The translations under genes were made by a program, and so were the position numbers. A DNA stretch of 64,000 nt, from positions 1,054,001-1,118,000 of the forward strand of contig CDRNVI010000012.1 of assembly GCA_977017575.1 (NCBI GenBank), given 5' to 3'. The notes beneath the pieces were generated by a model. The model ran no database searches and was not told the origin of the DNA. It saw nothing but the letters and a program-made list of their open reading frames with translations. Of the stretch, positions 42,957 to 54,440 are shown piece by piece (within the stretch, counting starts at the first letter, position 1; each line of letters starts with the position of its first letter). The DNA comes from Paramoeba atlantica. Its lineage: Eukaryota; Protista; Discosea.

Positions 42957-43328
42957 ATGATGCCTCTTTTAAAACGAACGATTTCTATGAGAGATGATCT
43001 AGCCATATCTCTTTTAGTTAAGTTGAGGAAGGATCATAAGACGCCGTGTTCCCACCCTTCTCCTTGTCGAATAACAAAAGACTCTTCACCGATATTGGAC
43101 CAGCGCGCCATTTCTTGCCCTTTACAATACCATAGCACATGCATGAACAAAAGTGGACTGATTGCTCCAAGTTCCCCACTTTGCGGTGGTTATGAACTTC
43201 TACAAACTATAGATTCGGATTACTTTACTTTTGACATTAGATCAGAAAATGAAGCAGCTGGTGCTCATGCATTGATGAAAATCCATGATTTTCTTGGCAA
43301 GCTAGAGGGGAGCTTATCTCCTGTGTAA
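42957..43328 (+). CDS. Hypothetical protein or gene fragment with partial PHD-like Cys/His motif
   Basis: ATG-initiated 123-aa ORF containing C...C...CPLQYHSTC. It lies inside the TE cluster. Confidence 0.35.
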   Translation: MMPLLKRTISMRDDLAISLLVKLRKDHKTPCSHPSPCRITKDSSPILDQRAISCPLQYHSTCMNKSGLIAPSSPLCGGYELLQTIDSDYFTFDIRSENEAAGAHALMKIHDFLGKLEGSLSPV

Positions 43329-43584
43329 GTCGAAATCATGTACTTTGAGCCATCTAACGGAAATGTGTGGTGCTCATTATCTCGTTTTCTTATAACGTGG
43401 GTAGTGTTTACTGCAACGTCATAAATGCTATTTACGCTTGCATATCCATGTTTTTTTATGAATCTCTGATAAAATTTTTTAGTGAAACTACAATTTAACT
43501 AATTAGATATTTCTTTCCGCGTACCGTTGCTGATACTGTTGTAGGTTCGGATTTCTTGCTTCCAGCTTTTTGTATTAAAAATCA

Positions 43585-44090
43585 CTGTCCCCCCTACTTA
43601 AGAGTCCTTTTTGACGGAGCCTCGGGCTGCCTGCGGCGCGAAACGCCGCCAGATTTTTTTCTTTTTCTTTGATTTTTTTAGTTGTCTTCCCGTTGCGTTT
43701 AGTTGCATTTTTAGTATTTCCAAACTATTTATACTTGATGGTACTCCAAGGAAGGAGCAGACTACGGGCAGGCATGGTACACAACCATCCTCCTCAACCC
43801 CCTTCAACTCTCTCGCGAAATGATCGAAGTAATTTTATCAAATTCATAAAATTTACCACTCCTCATGTGAGTGCGCAACGGGGAAGTATGGTCAGGACCT
43901 CCTCGTGGTCTTCCCTGGCACTGCTATCTTATCGATAATACAGACGCCGACCTTCATTAGACAAAAAGTAGAGAAAAAAACATAGACAAAAAAGGAACCG
44001 GCCATATTGAAATTTTATGAAAAAATGCTGACCCCCCCACTTAAGAGTCCAAATGCCCAAAATCGGCGGACTCTTAAGTGGGGGGGACAG
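43585..44090. mobile_element. 506-bp MITE with 23-bp TIRs and an extra internal TIR copy
   Basis: ctgtccccc(c/t)acttaagagtcc at 43585-43607, inverted at 44068-44090 (followed by TA), and a third direct copy at 44028-44050. Confidence 0.75.
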
Positions 44091-44177
44091 TATGTCAAAG
44101 TGGTAAAGTGGTGGAATACTGTCTCCCCCGTTTATGTGGAGCCTCTTGACTTCCGCGCAATATTTTACTAGCAATTA

Positions 44178-45454
44178 CACCCCCGCCAAAAAGTATTGTT
44201 CACAAAAATGGCCTACACAAAAGTATTGTATTTAATAGTGTCGACCATTTTTTTGAGTTTTGACCTGAATTTTAGTTGTTTTTTTCGAATTTTCAGGAAA
44301 TTAGCATAATGAGTTCTGATATACGCGGCCACTTGATCACCTCGAGGGAAGCTGAGTGATTTCTCTCCTATTTTTGTGCTTCACTATACGTTTACACAGA
44401 TCCGATATGATAATGTCCAACTTTTTGGAGGCCAGTGGAAAATCGTGAAAATCGACAAAAAGCATTGTATTTATTAGTATCGATCAAACATTCGTGGTCG
44501 ATACCAATAAATTTAGGCTCTTCGTTAAACGCGGTGGTTATTTTCAACTTCAAAGTCACTCATGCTGCGCTCTTCGCGTTGAAAACTACCACCGCGTTTA
44601 ACGAAGAGCCTAAAAAAGAAAGTTTGGCATGGAAAGCTGAAGAAAACAGAAAGATTGTAGCCAAAAATAGCCGAGTTTCGTGTAAAAATGGGGTCATTTT
44701 TGGGTATTTTGGAGCACTAAATCCGACATTTTCGTGTGGGAAATCACTCGTAAGCATGAACCCTACTGAACGTATTGGGTAGAGAATACGACTCCAACCA
44801 TACCATTCTTTCGACACAAAAAGGCCCCTTTAGGTCCGAAAAATACTTTTTCACCTTTTTCGGTCAAAAATGGGTCATTTTGAGGGGCATACCACGGCTC
44901 GAAGAAGAGATATCTGGCGAAAACAACTGCGGAGAAAGCTAGTGTAGGGCCCAAACTCTCAAAATACAATAGGGGAAACGATTTTGTAAAAAAAAAAATT
45001 TGCCATTTTTTTCGCCAAGTTCAAATTTTTTCAATTTTTTTTTCCGAAAAAATTCGAATTTGGCGGATCCATCCTGCGGATACGCGGGGGGGTCACCCAC
45101 GGGTAGGGGGTGGAAAATACGCGCCAAGACCCGGCCTACCGCTTCTGCGGGTTTTTTTAGAAAAATATTTTTTTCAAAAAAAAAATCGTGCGGTAACCCC
45201 TCTAGGACCCCTCTAGACCCCCCCCATGGACCCCCCCCGGACCCCCCCATGGACCCCCCCCTAGACCCCCCATTTTTTTCAAATTTTATTTTCGATTTTG
45301 GACCACCGGAGCCCCCTTCTATATTTTTTTCTTCGATTATATTATTGTGTTCCTCTTTATATTTTCACTGTTTTTGTTCACTTTTTTTTCAATAATCGAG
45401 GGTAGAGCGGTAGTTATACAACCACCGCAATTACAATACGTTTTGGCGGGGGTG
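44178..45454. mobile_element. 1277-bp TA-flanked TIR element
   Basis: caccccgccaaaaaagtattgt (44178-44199) versus inverted 45433-45454, with TA on both sides. The interior 44510-45431 is an inverted copy of ~41333-42200. Confidence 0.75.
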
Positions 45455-45565
45455 TATATGCAGTCGGATTCTCGCACAACTTTTTTAGCTTATCGAATTT
45501 TAATAATCTTTTATGTACGAAAGAACTTTTGTTCCTGTGTTCTTATTGTTAACTTCTTTATTGGT

Positions 45566-46267
45566 ATGAACGCTGCTGGCATCAGTTGTAAGGATCCGTT
45601 TCCATGTGAAACAGAAATGACTGGCAGTGGTAATAGCTTACACTCTACTGAAGGTTTAGGAAGCAATCAACAAAGTGTATCCCGGGCAGGAAAAGTCAGG
45701 AAGTCCACATTGCCGCAGGAATTCCAACTCTTCCGTGTTGTCAAGAATGTGCGAAACACGCACAGTTCTTGGTTGGACACCGTACCGATATGTGAGTGGA
45801 GCGGAGTCATTTGCGAAGATGGACAGGCAAAAGAAATATATTGGGGGTGGCGCGACTTGTCGGGAACAATAGATTTTGAGTCCTTGCCTCACTCTTTAAA
45901 TGCGTTTTCCGTTTGCACAAATGATCTCTCCGGGAACGTAGCTTTCGAGAATCTGCCACAAGTTCAGTATTTTAGCTTAACCAAAAATGCCTTCTCAGGT
46001 ACTCCAGTGATCGAATATCTCTCAAATAATTTAATTGTGCTATTTCTAAGTTACAACGATCTTGAAGGTTTCGTCGATTTTACGACCCTTCCCACATCTT
46101 TGAAAGAATTATGGTTACGGGCAAACGAAAAGTTGACCGGTGATTTGGACATTCCAAAACTTCCACTTTTGCTTCAGTATGATGTGGCATGGACTAGCAT
46201 TACAGTATCAAATGGAAGGGAAAATAGATGGCTTTCGACTCCCTTAAAACATGGCTTGCTCTGGTAG
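45566..46267 (+). CDS. Short LRR protein (copy 6)
   Basis: SRAGKVRKSTLPQEFQL, VPICEWSGVIC, LRRs. The upstream ORF extension runs through repeat DNA, so the start is uncertain. Confidence 0.88.
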   Translation: MNAAGISCKDPFPCETEMTGSGNSLHSTEGLGSNQQSVSRAGKVRKSTLPQEFQLFRVVKNVRNTHSSWLDTVPICEWSGVICEDGQAKEIYWGWRDLSGTIDFESLPHSLNAFSVCTNDLSGNVAFENLPQVQYFSLTKNAFSGTPVIEYLSNNLIVLFLSYNDLEGFVDFTTLPTSLKELWLRANEKLTGDLDIPKLPLLLQYDVAWTSITVSNGRENRWLSTPLKHGLLW

Positions 46268-46604
46268 AAAAGGAGTGTTGTCTTTTATAGTCTATATACA
46301 CAATTTTTGTCTTTTACAGTCTACTACATGAACATGCATAGGGTTTGGTTGATTATTGTGCACGTCACAAGTCTTGAATCAGTATCAGGTGGAATATTTC
46401 GCACCTTGTTTGAGGCGAATATTCCATCAGGTATTTGTTAGTCGCACCTGTTCATAGTCACAACTTATAAATTCATAGTCACAATTTATAAAGTCACCCT
46501 ATTCCCAACATTTACTAATGACTATCATATTTCTCATTTTCCATTATCCAATCTCATTTTTACGTTTTTTTTTCGTTTTTACCTCTCTCCTTTCTTCACC
46601 CTAC

Positions 46605-47429
46605 ATGGCATCCACCATTCCCTCCCCCGAGGCCCTCTTAACACTGGGTCAGTCTATGAACCTGGAGCGCTTTCTCCAGCTCCCCCGTGCGCATCGCGTC
46701 GCGGTCATCCCCTACTGCTCAGTCGAGGTCCGGCGTGAGATCGCGGCCCTGGCTAAGGAACCCTCGGCGGCCGTTGCCGAGGCCCCCGAAGACTCCACCC
46801 CGGAACTCTCCCTGCTCGACTTCAACAAATCCCCTGAAATCCTGACGCTTCACCGCGGGCCGACGGGCATCCATGCCGTTGCCGCGCGTGATCTCCGTGC
46901 GGGAGAAGAAATATATACCCTCCGAGGCCCTGTGCTGCCGTACGCAACCATCTTTACCCTCCAGGTCACCCAGGGACTTCACATGAACCCCTATGATGGC
47001 TCCGAGTTCATTGCCCATGGGTGCCGTCCGAATATTCAGGTCGTGGTGGATGAGCTCCCGGAGGGACCAAAGTGTGCGATCGGGCCCGAAGGTATCGAGG
47101 TCGCGAACAAGAATGAGACCCAGGACTTTATTCTCACTCACCCCTACGTGTTGCGCTGGATCACGTTGTGTGATATTCCTAAAGGTGCGAGTTTGAGTTT
47201 TAACTATCTAACGACGGAGTACGTCATGGATAAGCCCTTTGATTGCCTCTGTGGAGTGATGAAAACCGGAGACGTCTCTGGTGGAGGTCACCCGGAAGGG
47301 ATTACGTGCTTTGGGAATATTAGTGGCTTCAAGTTTCTAAGTGCGCAAGATCGTGCCGCGTTGGCCCCGTATATTACGCCAGTCGTAAAGCAGGCTGCAA
47401 TTGCGGAGGGATTATTGAGTCAACCGTGA
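46605..47429 (+). CDS. SET + post-SET domain lysine methyltransferase
   Basis: GIHAVAARDLRAGE, FIAHGCRPN, LSFNYLTTEY, FDCLCG...CFGNISGF. Confidence 0.85.
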   Translation: MASTIPSPEALLTLGQSMNLERFLQLPRAHRVAVIPYCSVEVRREIAALAKEPSAAVAEAPEDSTPELSLLDFNKSPEILTLHRGPTGIHAVAARDLRAGEEIYTLRGPVLPYATIFTLQVTQGLHMNPYDGSEFIAHGCRPNIQVVVDELPEGPKCAIGPEGIEVANKNETQDFILTHPYVLRWITLCDIPKGASLSFNYLTTEYVMDKPFDCLCGVMKTGDVSGGGHPEGITCFGNISGFKFLSAQDRAALAPYITPVVKQAAIAEGLLSQP

Positions 47430-48134
47430 GTGAGAACAAAATAGAGAAACTTGTAGTAAATTATTGTAGATTGACTGCAGTAGAAATACTTTTTGGACCT
47501 CCTTAATAAAAATGAATGATTTTCCATAAATATTCTCTTTTGCTTCTTTCACTTTTGCCACAGTTGGCTTAACAATATTTTTTCTTTTTTAATCCTTTTC
47601 AACATAACACCGCTACTGGATTAACCTAACTCATGCGTAGCAAAATTGTTTCTTGTGACCAATACTAAATAAACTTTATAATGCATCGCAGAAAAACGAT
47701 TTAATACCTCCTATGTCGCTAATTCATAAATAGTTCTGAAACGTACACGTATTCACAACAAAGTTTTAACCATGGAAATTCTTTTAAAAATATTTTTTGT
47801 TGACTGTTATAAAGGCATTATTTTGGTTTATTGGCTTTTATACACAAATTTTTAATTATCTGGCGTTCATTTGAAGGTTCGTCGAATCTTGTTTTGCTAA
47901 CCTTATAACAACAAGGTAAAAGTACAAAAGAGTTAAAAAAATCGAGTGATTGCAATCCGGAGGTACAAAAATAATGACTTGTTATTTTTCTATTATTAAG
48001 AAACAATCTCTATCCTATATGGCATTGAAAACTTTGGTCGCATGGCATTGAATTTTTTACTTGCACTTATTTTTTGGTATCCCTTTCGTCATTACCTTTT
48101 GGTAAATAAATTTGTTTTTCTACACATTACTCTT

Positions 48135-48956
48135 ATGGGATTTCTAGACGACTCGTCAGCATCCAACAAAGCGCTCTTACAATGGTACCGACAGGAGATC
48201 GAGAGATTACAAAAAGTAGTAAGCGATCTGACCGCCGAAAATGCGCATCAACGTACCATTTATCATAGGCAAATTGAACAAATTCTCGCACAGCATTTGC
48301 AGCAAACTCCAAAAAGCACACTTGTCGATGTCAAACGCCTGCTAAAGGACTTTCGGAGTGCTTTCGGGTCACAGAAAAATAATTCGGTACCTTCATCAAC
48401 TGCAACGGCTACTGTTGACTCCGTTTGTTCTAAAACTTTAAAGCCCGGATCCCATACGCTGCACACATCGATCCGATCTCAACCCTGTGCACCTTCGCCG
48501 AAGGATACTCAACGTCTTTTAGGAAAACTTGCGCTACATCTAAAACGAGGTCGAGAAATCGATAGAATGAATTGCTCTGAAAAAATCTGTGAGGAGAAAC
48601 TGGAAGCGGAAGCCAATGTGCCTTCCGAACATGAGCGTCCTTGCTATTCCTACAAAAAACACCGACCCATGGAGCTCCTGCAACGTGCAGTCTCTCTCCC
48701 ACGAAATACGACAACTGAGACTCAGGCACCCTCTTATCTTTTTGAAGCCTTGCTCGCTTCCACAGCGTCTCGTTCGGTTAGCCAAGTACCATCTGACTTT
48801 TCTGCTACCGCACCTCACCAGGGAAATTCTCGTCGCTGCGGTACGGTGGGTCGACGTGTGCCCACTCCCTCCCCCACACCTTGTCGACGAAGCGTGACTC
48901 CTCCCACTTCCCATAACCGTGGAAGCGCTCCGCGCGAACTAAACGTGGATGCTTAG
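48135..48956 (+). CDS. Hypothetical protein with N-terminal coiled coil
   Basis: WYRQEIERLQKVVSDLTAEN heptads and an S/P/R-rich tail. Confidence 0.65.
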   Translation: MGFLDDSSASNKALLQWYRQEIERLQKVVSDLTAENAHQRTIYHRQIEQILAQHLQQTPKSTLVDVKRLLKDFRSAFGSQKNNSVPSSTATATVDSVCSKTLKPGSHTLHTSIRSQPCAPSPKDTQRLLGKLALHLKRGREIDRMNCSEKICEEKLEAEANVPSEHERPCYSYKKHRPMELLQRAVSLPRNTTTETQAPSYLFEALLASTASRSVSQVPSDFSATAPHQGNSRRCGTVGRRVPTPSPTPCRRSVTPPTSHNRGSAPRELNVDA

Positions 48957-49291
48957 ATCAAAGGCGAAAGACAAACAATCATCATAAAAACAAGTACTTC
49001 CTCGTTTAGTTTCTTCAAAATATTTTTTGTTATCCGCCTTTTTTTGTTTCTGGTCGACAAGTTTACTACGTTGAGGTTTACTACGTTGGGTTTTTTAGCC
49101 GACTAATGAGACAATCGTGTGATACATACAATTGTACCCATAGCACACGAATAGTAAAGAATGTATCATCATCTTGACTTTAACTTTTTTTTGTTTGCGA
49201 TAAAATAGCTCAATATTAAGTATTCTGTAAATCTTATTCCGTTATTCTTATTGAAGAATCTCTCTAAAATCCACTTGTTAATTTCTCCTAA

Positions 49292-49516
49292 ATGGCTGCT
49301 CCTGCTAAAAAGGCTGTGAAAAAGACCGTTAAAAAGGCGAAGAAGCCCGTCGTTAAATCACGAAAAGTACAAGCCAAGCGAGCAGTAAAGTCCAAGAAAG
49401 CCAGTCCGGCCAAGAAATCGGCTACTAAAAGCAAGAAAAGCCCTGTCTCGAAGAAGAGTCCCGTGATTAAAAAGAAGTCGTCTCCCAAAACTAGTGCAAA
49501 GAAGACTAAAAAATAG
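49292..49516 (+). CDS. Histone H1-like (kinetoplastid type, no globular domain), copy 1
   Basis: 74 aa, K/A/S/P/V-rich, with SPxK motifs. Confidence 0.85.
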   Translation: MAAPAKKAVKKTVKKAKKPVVKSRKVQAKRAVKSKKASPAKKSATKSKKSPVSKKSPVIKKKSSPKTSAKKTKK

Positions 49517-50059
49517 GAAAAGTCGAGAAACTCTTAGTTCAAACGATTCCTAGAACCGAAAGAAAGCTGTGTCCTTAAAATTTAACACAAATTTGTTCTT
49601 TAAAATATACAAAAATATTTTTATGCAACATAGTCTATGATATGAAGTGCTATGATAGCACTTACAATATAAATCATAACAAGTCAACTGTAGATCTGTA
49701 GTTGGACCAGCGTAATAGTAGTAAAAAACTCTCGCTGCTTTTTAATCATCGGTAAAAACCATCGGTAAAAAAAAAGTAAATATAATATGTATTATGTTTT
49801 GTAGTTTCTTTTATATACATGTATAAACTAGTGTGTGTTTTGACATTCACCCTTTATCGAATTTAGAAAGTTGTGCAATTATCGAACTTCAATTAAAGCG
49901 TGGCTAAGAAAAGCCATTTATCCAGGTACTATCCAGGCAACGATAGGATAAATTTTTCTTTAACATGTTTCTTGCATTTTTCGTGTCGTTTCAATAGTTA
50001 CGATTGAAAAAGATGTAGTATTGGTATATTTTTATCTTTTGTTTTTCATTTGTAGCATA

Positions 50060-50317
50060 ATGACTGCTCCTGTTAAAAAAATTGTGAAAAAGAGCGCGAA
50101 GAAACCGGTAGCTCCAAAGAAACAGGTCTCAAAACCACGTAAAGTACAGGCTAAGCGCATTGTAAAGTCTAAGAAAACGAATTCAGTCAAGAAAGCATCA
50201 ACTAGAAAGAGTCCGGTCCCAAAGAAGAAGTCAGCTACTAAAAAAACAACTGTTAAAAAAGGTTCGGCTAAAAAGAAATCTTCCTCAAAATCTACCGCAA
50301 AAAAGTCGAAGAAGTAG
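50060..50317 (+). CDS. Histone H1-like, copy 2
   Basis: ATG at 50060. Shared core RKVQAKR.VKSKK. Confidence 0.85.
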   Translation: MTAPVKKIVKKSAKKPVAPKKQVSKPRKVQAKRIVKSKKTNSVKKASTRKSPVPKKKSATKKTTVKKGSAKKKSSSKSTAKKSKK

Positions 50318-50844
50318 TGTAGTGCATTAAGGTATCTTAATCGAGATATTCTGTGTATATTAAGTTTTTTTAGCAATCTTCCTTTTTTATAGTGTCAAAA
50401 GTAGATTTTCTCTTAAGATTCTAAAAATCTTTTCTCGTAATTTTCACAGGTTACATGCCTTTTACGAGCGTGATAGGAGCTGTATTTTTCTTAATGTATT
50501 GTATGTAGTGTTTGCTCAACGCTGTTTTTAAGCCGAATAATTTCGTAAGAATCATACATTATTAAATATTTACAATGGTTTTCCGCATACAATATAAACT
50601 TATAGGTTTTGGTGAATTCAACCTATTTAAAGGTATCAATACTGACAAGGATACATAAAAATGCGCTTTTCACAAGGATCGCACTTGATTCCAGACCTTG
50701 TTTTCACCTCATTAGCTGTCTTCAATCGTGTCTTTAGTTTATTGAAACTTGTATATTTTTGAAAGCATGCACTTGGTATGTAAGGTCACTGGTGTTCTCG
50801 TCTGTTTATTATTGTTATTATTCTCTTTGTAAACTTAGAATTCA

Positions 50845-51108
50845 ATGGCAGCTCCCGCTAAGAAGGTCGTCAAAAAGGTATCAAAGAAGCCTGTGGTATC
50901 AAAAAAGGCTGTTGTCAAGTCGCGAAAAGTGCAAGCAAAGCGCTCAGTAAAATCCAAGAAAGCTAGTCCGGCCAAGAAATCGTCTACCAAGACCAAAAAA
51001 AGTCCAGCCTCGAAAAAAAGCCCCGTGTCTTCAAAAAGCTCAGCTAAGAAAGGATCTGCAAAAAAGAATTCCTCTTCCAAAACTAGCGCCAAGAAATCAA
51101 AAAAATAG
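50845..51108 (+). CDS. Histone H1-like, copy 3
   Basis: Same core SRKVQAKRSVKSKKASPAKKS. Confidence 0.85.
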   Translation: MAAPAKKVVKKVSKKPVVSKKAVVKSRKVQAKRSVKSKKASPAKKSSTKTKKSPASKKSPVSSKSSAKKGSAKKNSSSKTSAKKSKK

Positions 51109-51619
51109 TCTCCAAATATTAGGAAGCGTAGTATTAATACAATAAGCTAGTAACATACACAAAACATTGAATGGGAACAATGCATACTGCTAGTCAAGAA
51201 TAGTTTAACACAAAAATGTGACCGTATTAGCTACCACTTATTTAGTTTACGGTCTTAACTTCATTGTATAGTCTTAGCTTTATACAATGCAATATTTTTT
51301 TAGGATTTAGGCATGAAAAATATGCTCATATGCTCTTCTGTTATCACATCTAATTCTTTTTTTATCCTAGTGATATTGTTTTGCATCGTTAATTTTGAAA
51401 GAACTGTACAACTTGTTTACTATTACGCTGAATTGTGAATTATTTATGTAGATACACTGTAACTGTCATGTGCTACGTTGAACTAGTGCTACACTGCATA
51501 CTAAAGGGCTTGAATCATTATCATTGCTTATGAAATCCTTGGTAATCAAAGACAATCTATGAAGGTTCACTATTTTTTCTATTTGTACTCTCGGTTATAT
51601 TCTAATTGTATTTTCTCGA

Positions 51620-51886
51620 TTGAACATGACAGCTCCAGTCAAAAAAGTAAAAAAGGCTGTTAAGAAAGTTGCAAATACTGCACCTAAGAAATTGATTTCT
51701 AAATCCCGTGAAGTGCAGTCTAAGCGTGCTGTGAAATCTAAGAAGTCTAGACTAGTTAAAAAATCCGTTACCAAAGGCAAGAAGAGCGCAGTTTCGAAAA
51801 AGAGTCCCATTGTTAAGAAGGGTTCGATCAAGAAAGGACCTGCGAAAAAGGTTATCTCTAAAAGTTCTAAGAATGTCAAGAAATGA
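51620..51886 (+). CDS. Histone H1-like, copy 4
   Basis: Core SREVQSKRAVKSKK, most diverged copy. Confidence 0.8.
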   Translation: MNMTAPVKKVKKAVKKVANTAPKKLISKSREVQSKRAVKSKKSRLVKKSVTKGKKSAVSKKSPIVKKGSIKKGPAKKVISKSSKNVKK

Positions 51887-52560
51887 AAGCGGGGGAATGG
51901 CGCATATCCCGAATGTAAGCGAGTTATTCACTTTCAGCTTAATCTTCAAATATAGATGGAGCAATAGTTCAGCGTAGCGCATGGCAGTTAGAGTGTACAT
52001 AAAGTGTAAGTTACAGTGTGTTACATGTACATCTACATGTATATCTAGTAAAGTAATATAATATAATAATGTATTATCTATAGTAGTAATGTTATTTAAT
52101 AGTTGATGTTTTTTTCTAGTTTAATGTATGGAGTTAAGTTACTTAACTCCATTCGTACTCAAAGTACGAATTGTTGGTTCGTACCACGGAGATAACATTA
52201 TGGGCAATGATTGCTGAGACATTTTAATCAGGGTAGAAAACTTTTCTCACACTTTTAAAATTTCTAACTTATCTCTACAGGTAAGTCTTCTCACTGATTT
52301 TGTTATAACGTATGTAGAATTGCGCTTTGAATCTCTACATCATAAAAGGTTACTATAGCACGCCAAAATATTCCTTTTCCTCAAGATCGGATACCGAAAA
52401 ACCGAGAAATTGATTGTATGATGTTTTATTGCACGATCTTTATTGAAGCTTTTTAGACACCATTATGAGCTTCTGCCGGCTCCCAATCACTCTCCTTTGT
52501 CCTCCGTGACTTCTCTCTCCTTACTCCCTCCCCCACGCCCGCACTGCCCCCCCCCACTGA

Positions 52561-53781
52561 ATGAAATGTCCCCGTATCCATTCCACCCTCGGCTTCACCT
52601 TCCTCCTCGCCTGGCTCATCACCCTTGGCGTTCTCCTCGTCACGCTGTGTGTCACCGTCTCCCCCACCTCCTTCCAACCCGTCGCTGTGGTCTCTCTCTT
52701 CCACGACACCCCGGAGGTGTTGGAACTTAGTGGATTCCCCTCTATCGAGTCCCACTCCCCCTCCGTGGGTGCCCTCCCACGCTGTCCGTGGTACGTGCTG
52801 TTCTATGCGCCCTGGTGTGCACACTGCCGGCGTGAGGCCCACACATATAAACAACTTGCGGTGAACATCTCACGCCAGGGCGACAACCCCACACACATTG
52901 CTGCCGTGGACTGCTCCCTCTATGGACGACACTTCGCGGAGGCCACCATCGAGGCCTACCCCACGTTGTACTACGGAGGGCGCGAGAGCTGGAGAGAGGT
53001 GGATCTGCCGGACGGGGACTTGTCTCGGGTTTTCTCGGTGGGTTCCGCAGGGGGGGAACCCAACACGGAGGCGAGTCGTGCCCCGTTGCTGTGGGAACAA
53101 AACCATACCGCCACCCGGGTGTGTGTGGCCTCACGAAATGAGGCGGTCGACCGCCGACGACAGCTCCCCCGTACCAATGCGGTGTTTGTTCCCCGGGTGG
53201 GGTGGTACAATTACTACCAGAGTTTTTATGCCGCGTTGCAGGAGGAGGTGGATCCACACACCCGGGAGCTCGCGAGTAAGCTTCCGGAAGAGCACTGTGA
53301 CTCGGATACAGAGGTGGGCTCTCCGGTGTGTGTGTATATGAAATTCCGTGCCGCCGCCCTGGCAGGGGTCCCGGAATTACAGTATACGTTAGCACCGGAT
53401 CCGCTGACGGACTGCGGGTACACTTGTGGTCTGTGGTTGCTCTTTCATCGAATGATACAAGCCCCGGAGGCTCTTGAAACGCTGGATGCGATACGGAGTT
53501 ACGTCCTAACTTTTTTTCGTTGCACTGCGTGCCGGGATCACTTTCGGAAGATTCCCTACACCCCGAATCGGAGCTCTGGGGCACGAGAGGATGAGGCGAG
53601 GCTGTGGTTGTGGCGGTCGCATAACGCGGTGAACCTCCGTTTAGGCAAAGCTCATTTTCCCTCCCCCTCGCAGTGTCCAGAGTGTGTAGATGAGAACACG
53701 ACATTGGATTTTCTGAGCACGTATTATGGTCCCATGCCGAACACTCCGAAAAAGAGATGGTTTGGCTTCTTTCCATGGTAG
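52561..53781 (+). CDS. QSOX: Quiescin sulfhydryl oxidase (thioredoxin + Erv/ALR domains)
   Basis: N-terminal signal/TM segment, FYAPWCAHC, YTCGLWLLFH, FFRCTACRDHF, LWLWRSHNAVN, FPS..QCPEC. Confidence 0.88.
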   Translation: MKCPRIHSTLGFTFLLAWLITLGVLLVTLCVTVSPTSFQPVAVVSLFHDTPEVLELSGFPSIESHSPSVGALPRCPWYVLFYAPWCAHCRREAHTYKQLAVNISRQGDNPTHIAAVDCSLYGRHFAEATIEAYPTLYYGGRESWREVDLPDGDLSRVFSVGSAGGEPNTEASRAPLLWEQNHTATRVCVASRNEAVDRRRQLPRTNAVFVPRVGWYNYYQSFYAALQEEVDPHTRELASKLPEEHCDSDTEVGSPVCVYMKFRAAALAGVPELQYTLAPDPLTDCGYTCGLWLLFHRMIQAPEALETLDAIRSYVLTFFRCTACRDHFRKIPYTPNRSSGAREDEARLWLWRSHNAVNLRLGKAHFPSPSQCPECVDENTTLDFLSTYYGPMPNTPKKRWFGFFPW

Positions 53782-54440
53782 AAATCACCTCGGACGGCAT
53801 GAAGCTCGCGTTCTTACAGTATGTGGGTAATGTGCATTGTAGAGGGCACTCTTCCCAAAATCGCAATGATCTTGAAGTGATGCAGACGAATACAATACGA
53901 ATATACAATACGAGTGTACTTTCGTACACTCGCTAAAACTCTTGAAAGAAGAACATGGCATTTCTTGCAATAGTGGGCAAGTGACAAAATCACGACTGCA
54001 AGTCATTGCTTTTTTCTGACGTGAACTCCGTTTATGATCTTATTTTCGAAGGTTGAATACGTTTTCTGCTCCTACCGGATCATAGTTCCGCTTTTTTTCT
54101 ATCGTGGGTGACTTATTCCCCCACAAGTGAAGACTAGCAGATGACTTGAGAAGCTTTAATTCTTGTCTACGTCGGACCCTTTCCTCTTTTTCTCGTGGGG
54201 TACCCTTTCCTACAGTGGATCGCAAGCTCTGGTACAATGTACGAATGTACTACAACAGTACTCAGAAAATTGTGGTCTGTTTTCTTATTTCTCTTAGAAG
54301 ATGGTTTTAATTTAAAACTTTTAAACTCGTCTATTCCTTTAACTCTTTTTTCCCTTGATTTTTTACAGAATGCTTCTTGCGTTGTGTAGGATTTCGTGCA
54401 GTTTATAGTTCTCTGAAATTTCGTCTTACAATATTACCGC

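Noticed and set aside
43740-43800. VHNHPP as a MULE/FLYWCH zinc-finger remnant
   Set aside because: A single short motif with no supporting Cys or DDE motifs.
45347-45565. Hydrophobic N-terminal extension of LRR6 as a signal or TM segment
   Set aside because: It is translated from the T-rich end of the TIR element and a pyrimidine tract with a non-ATG start, so it is not a credible coding region.
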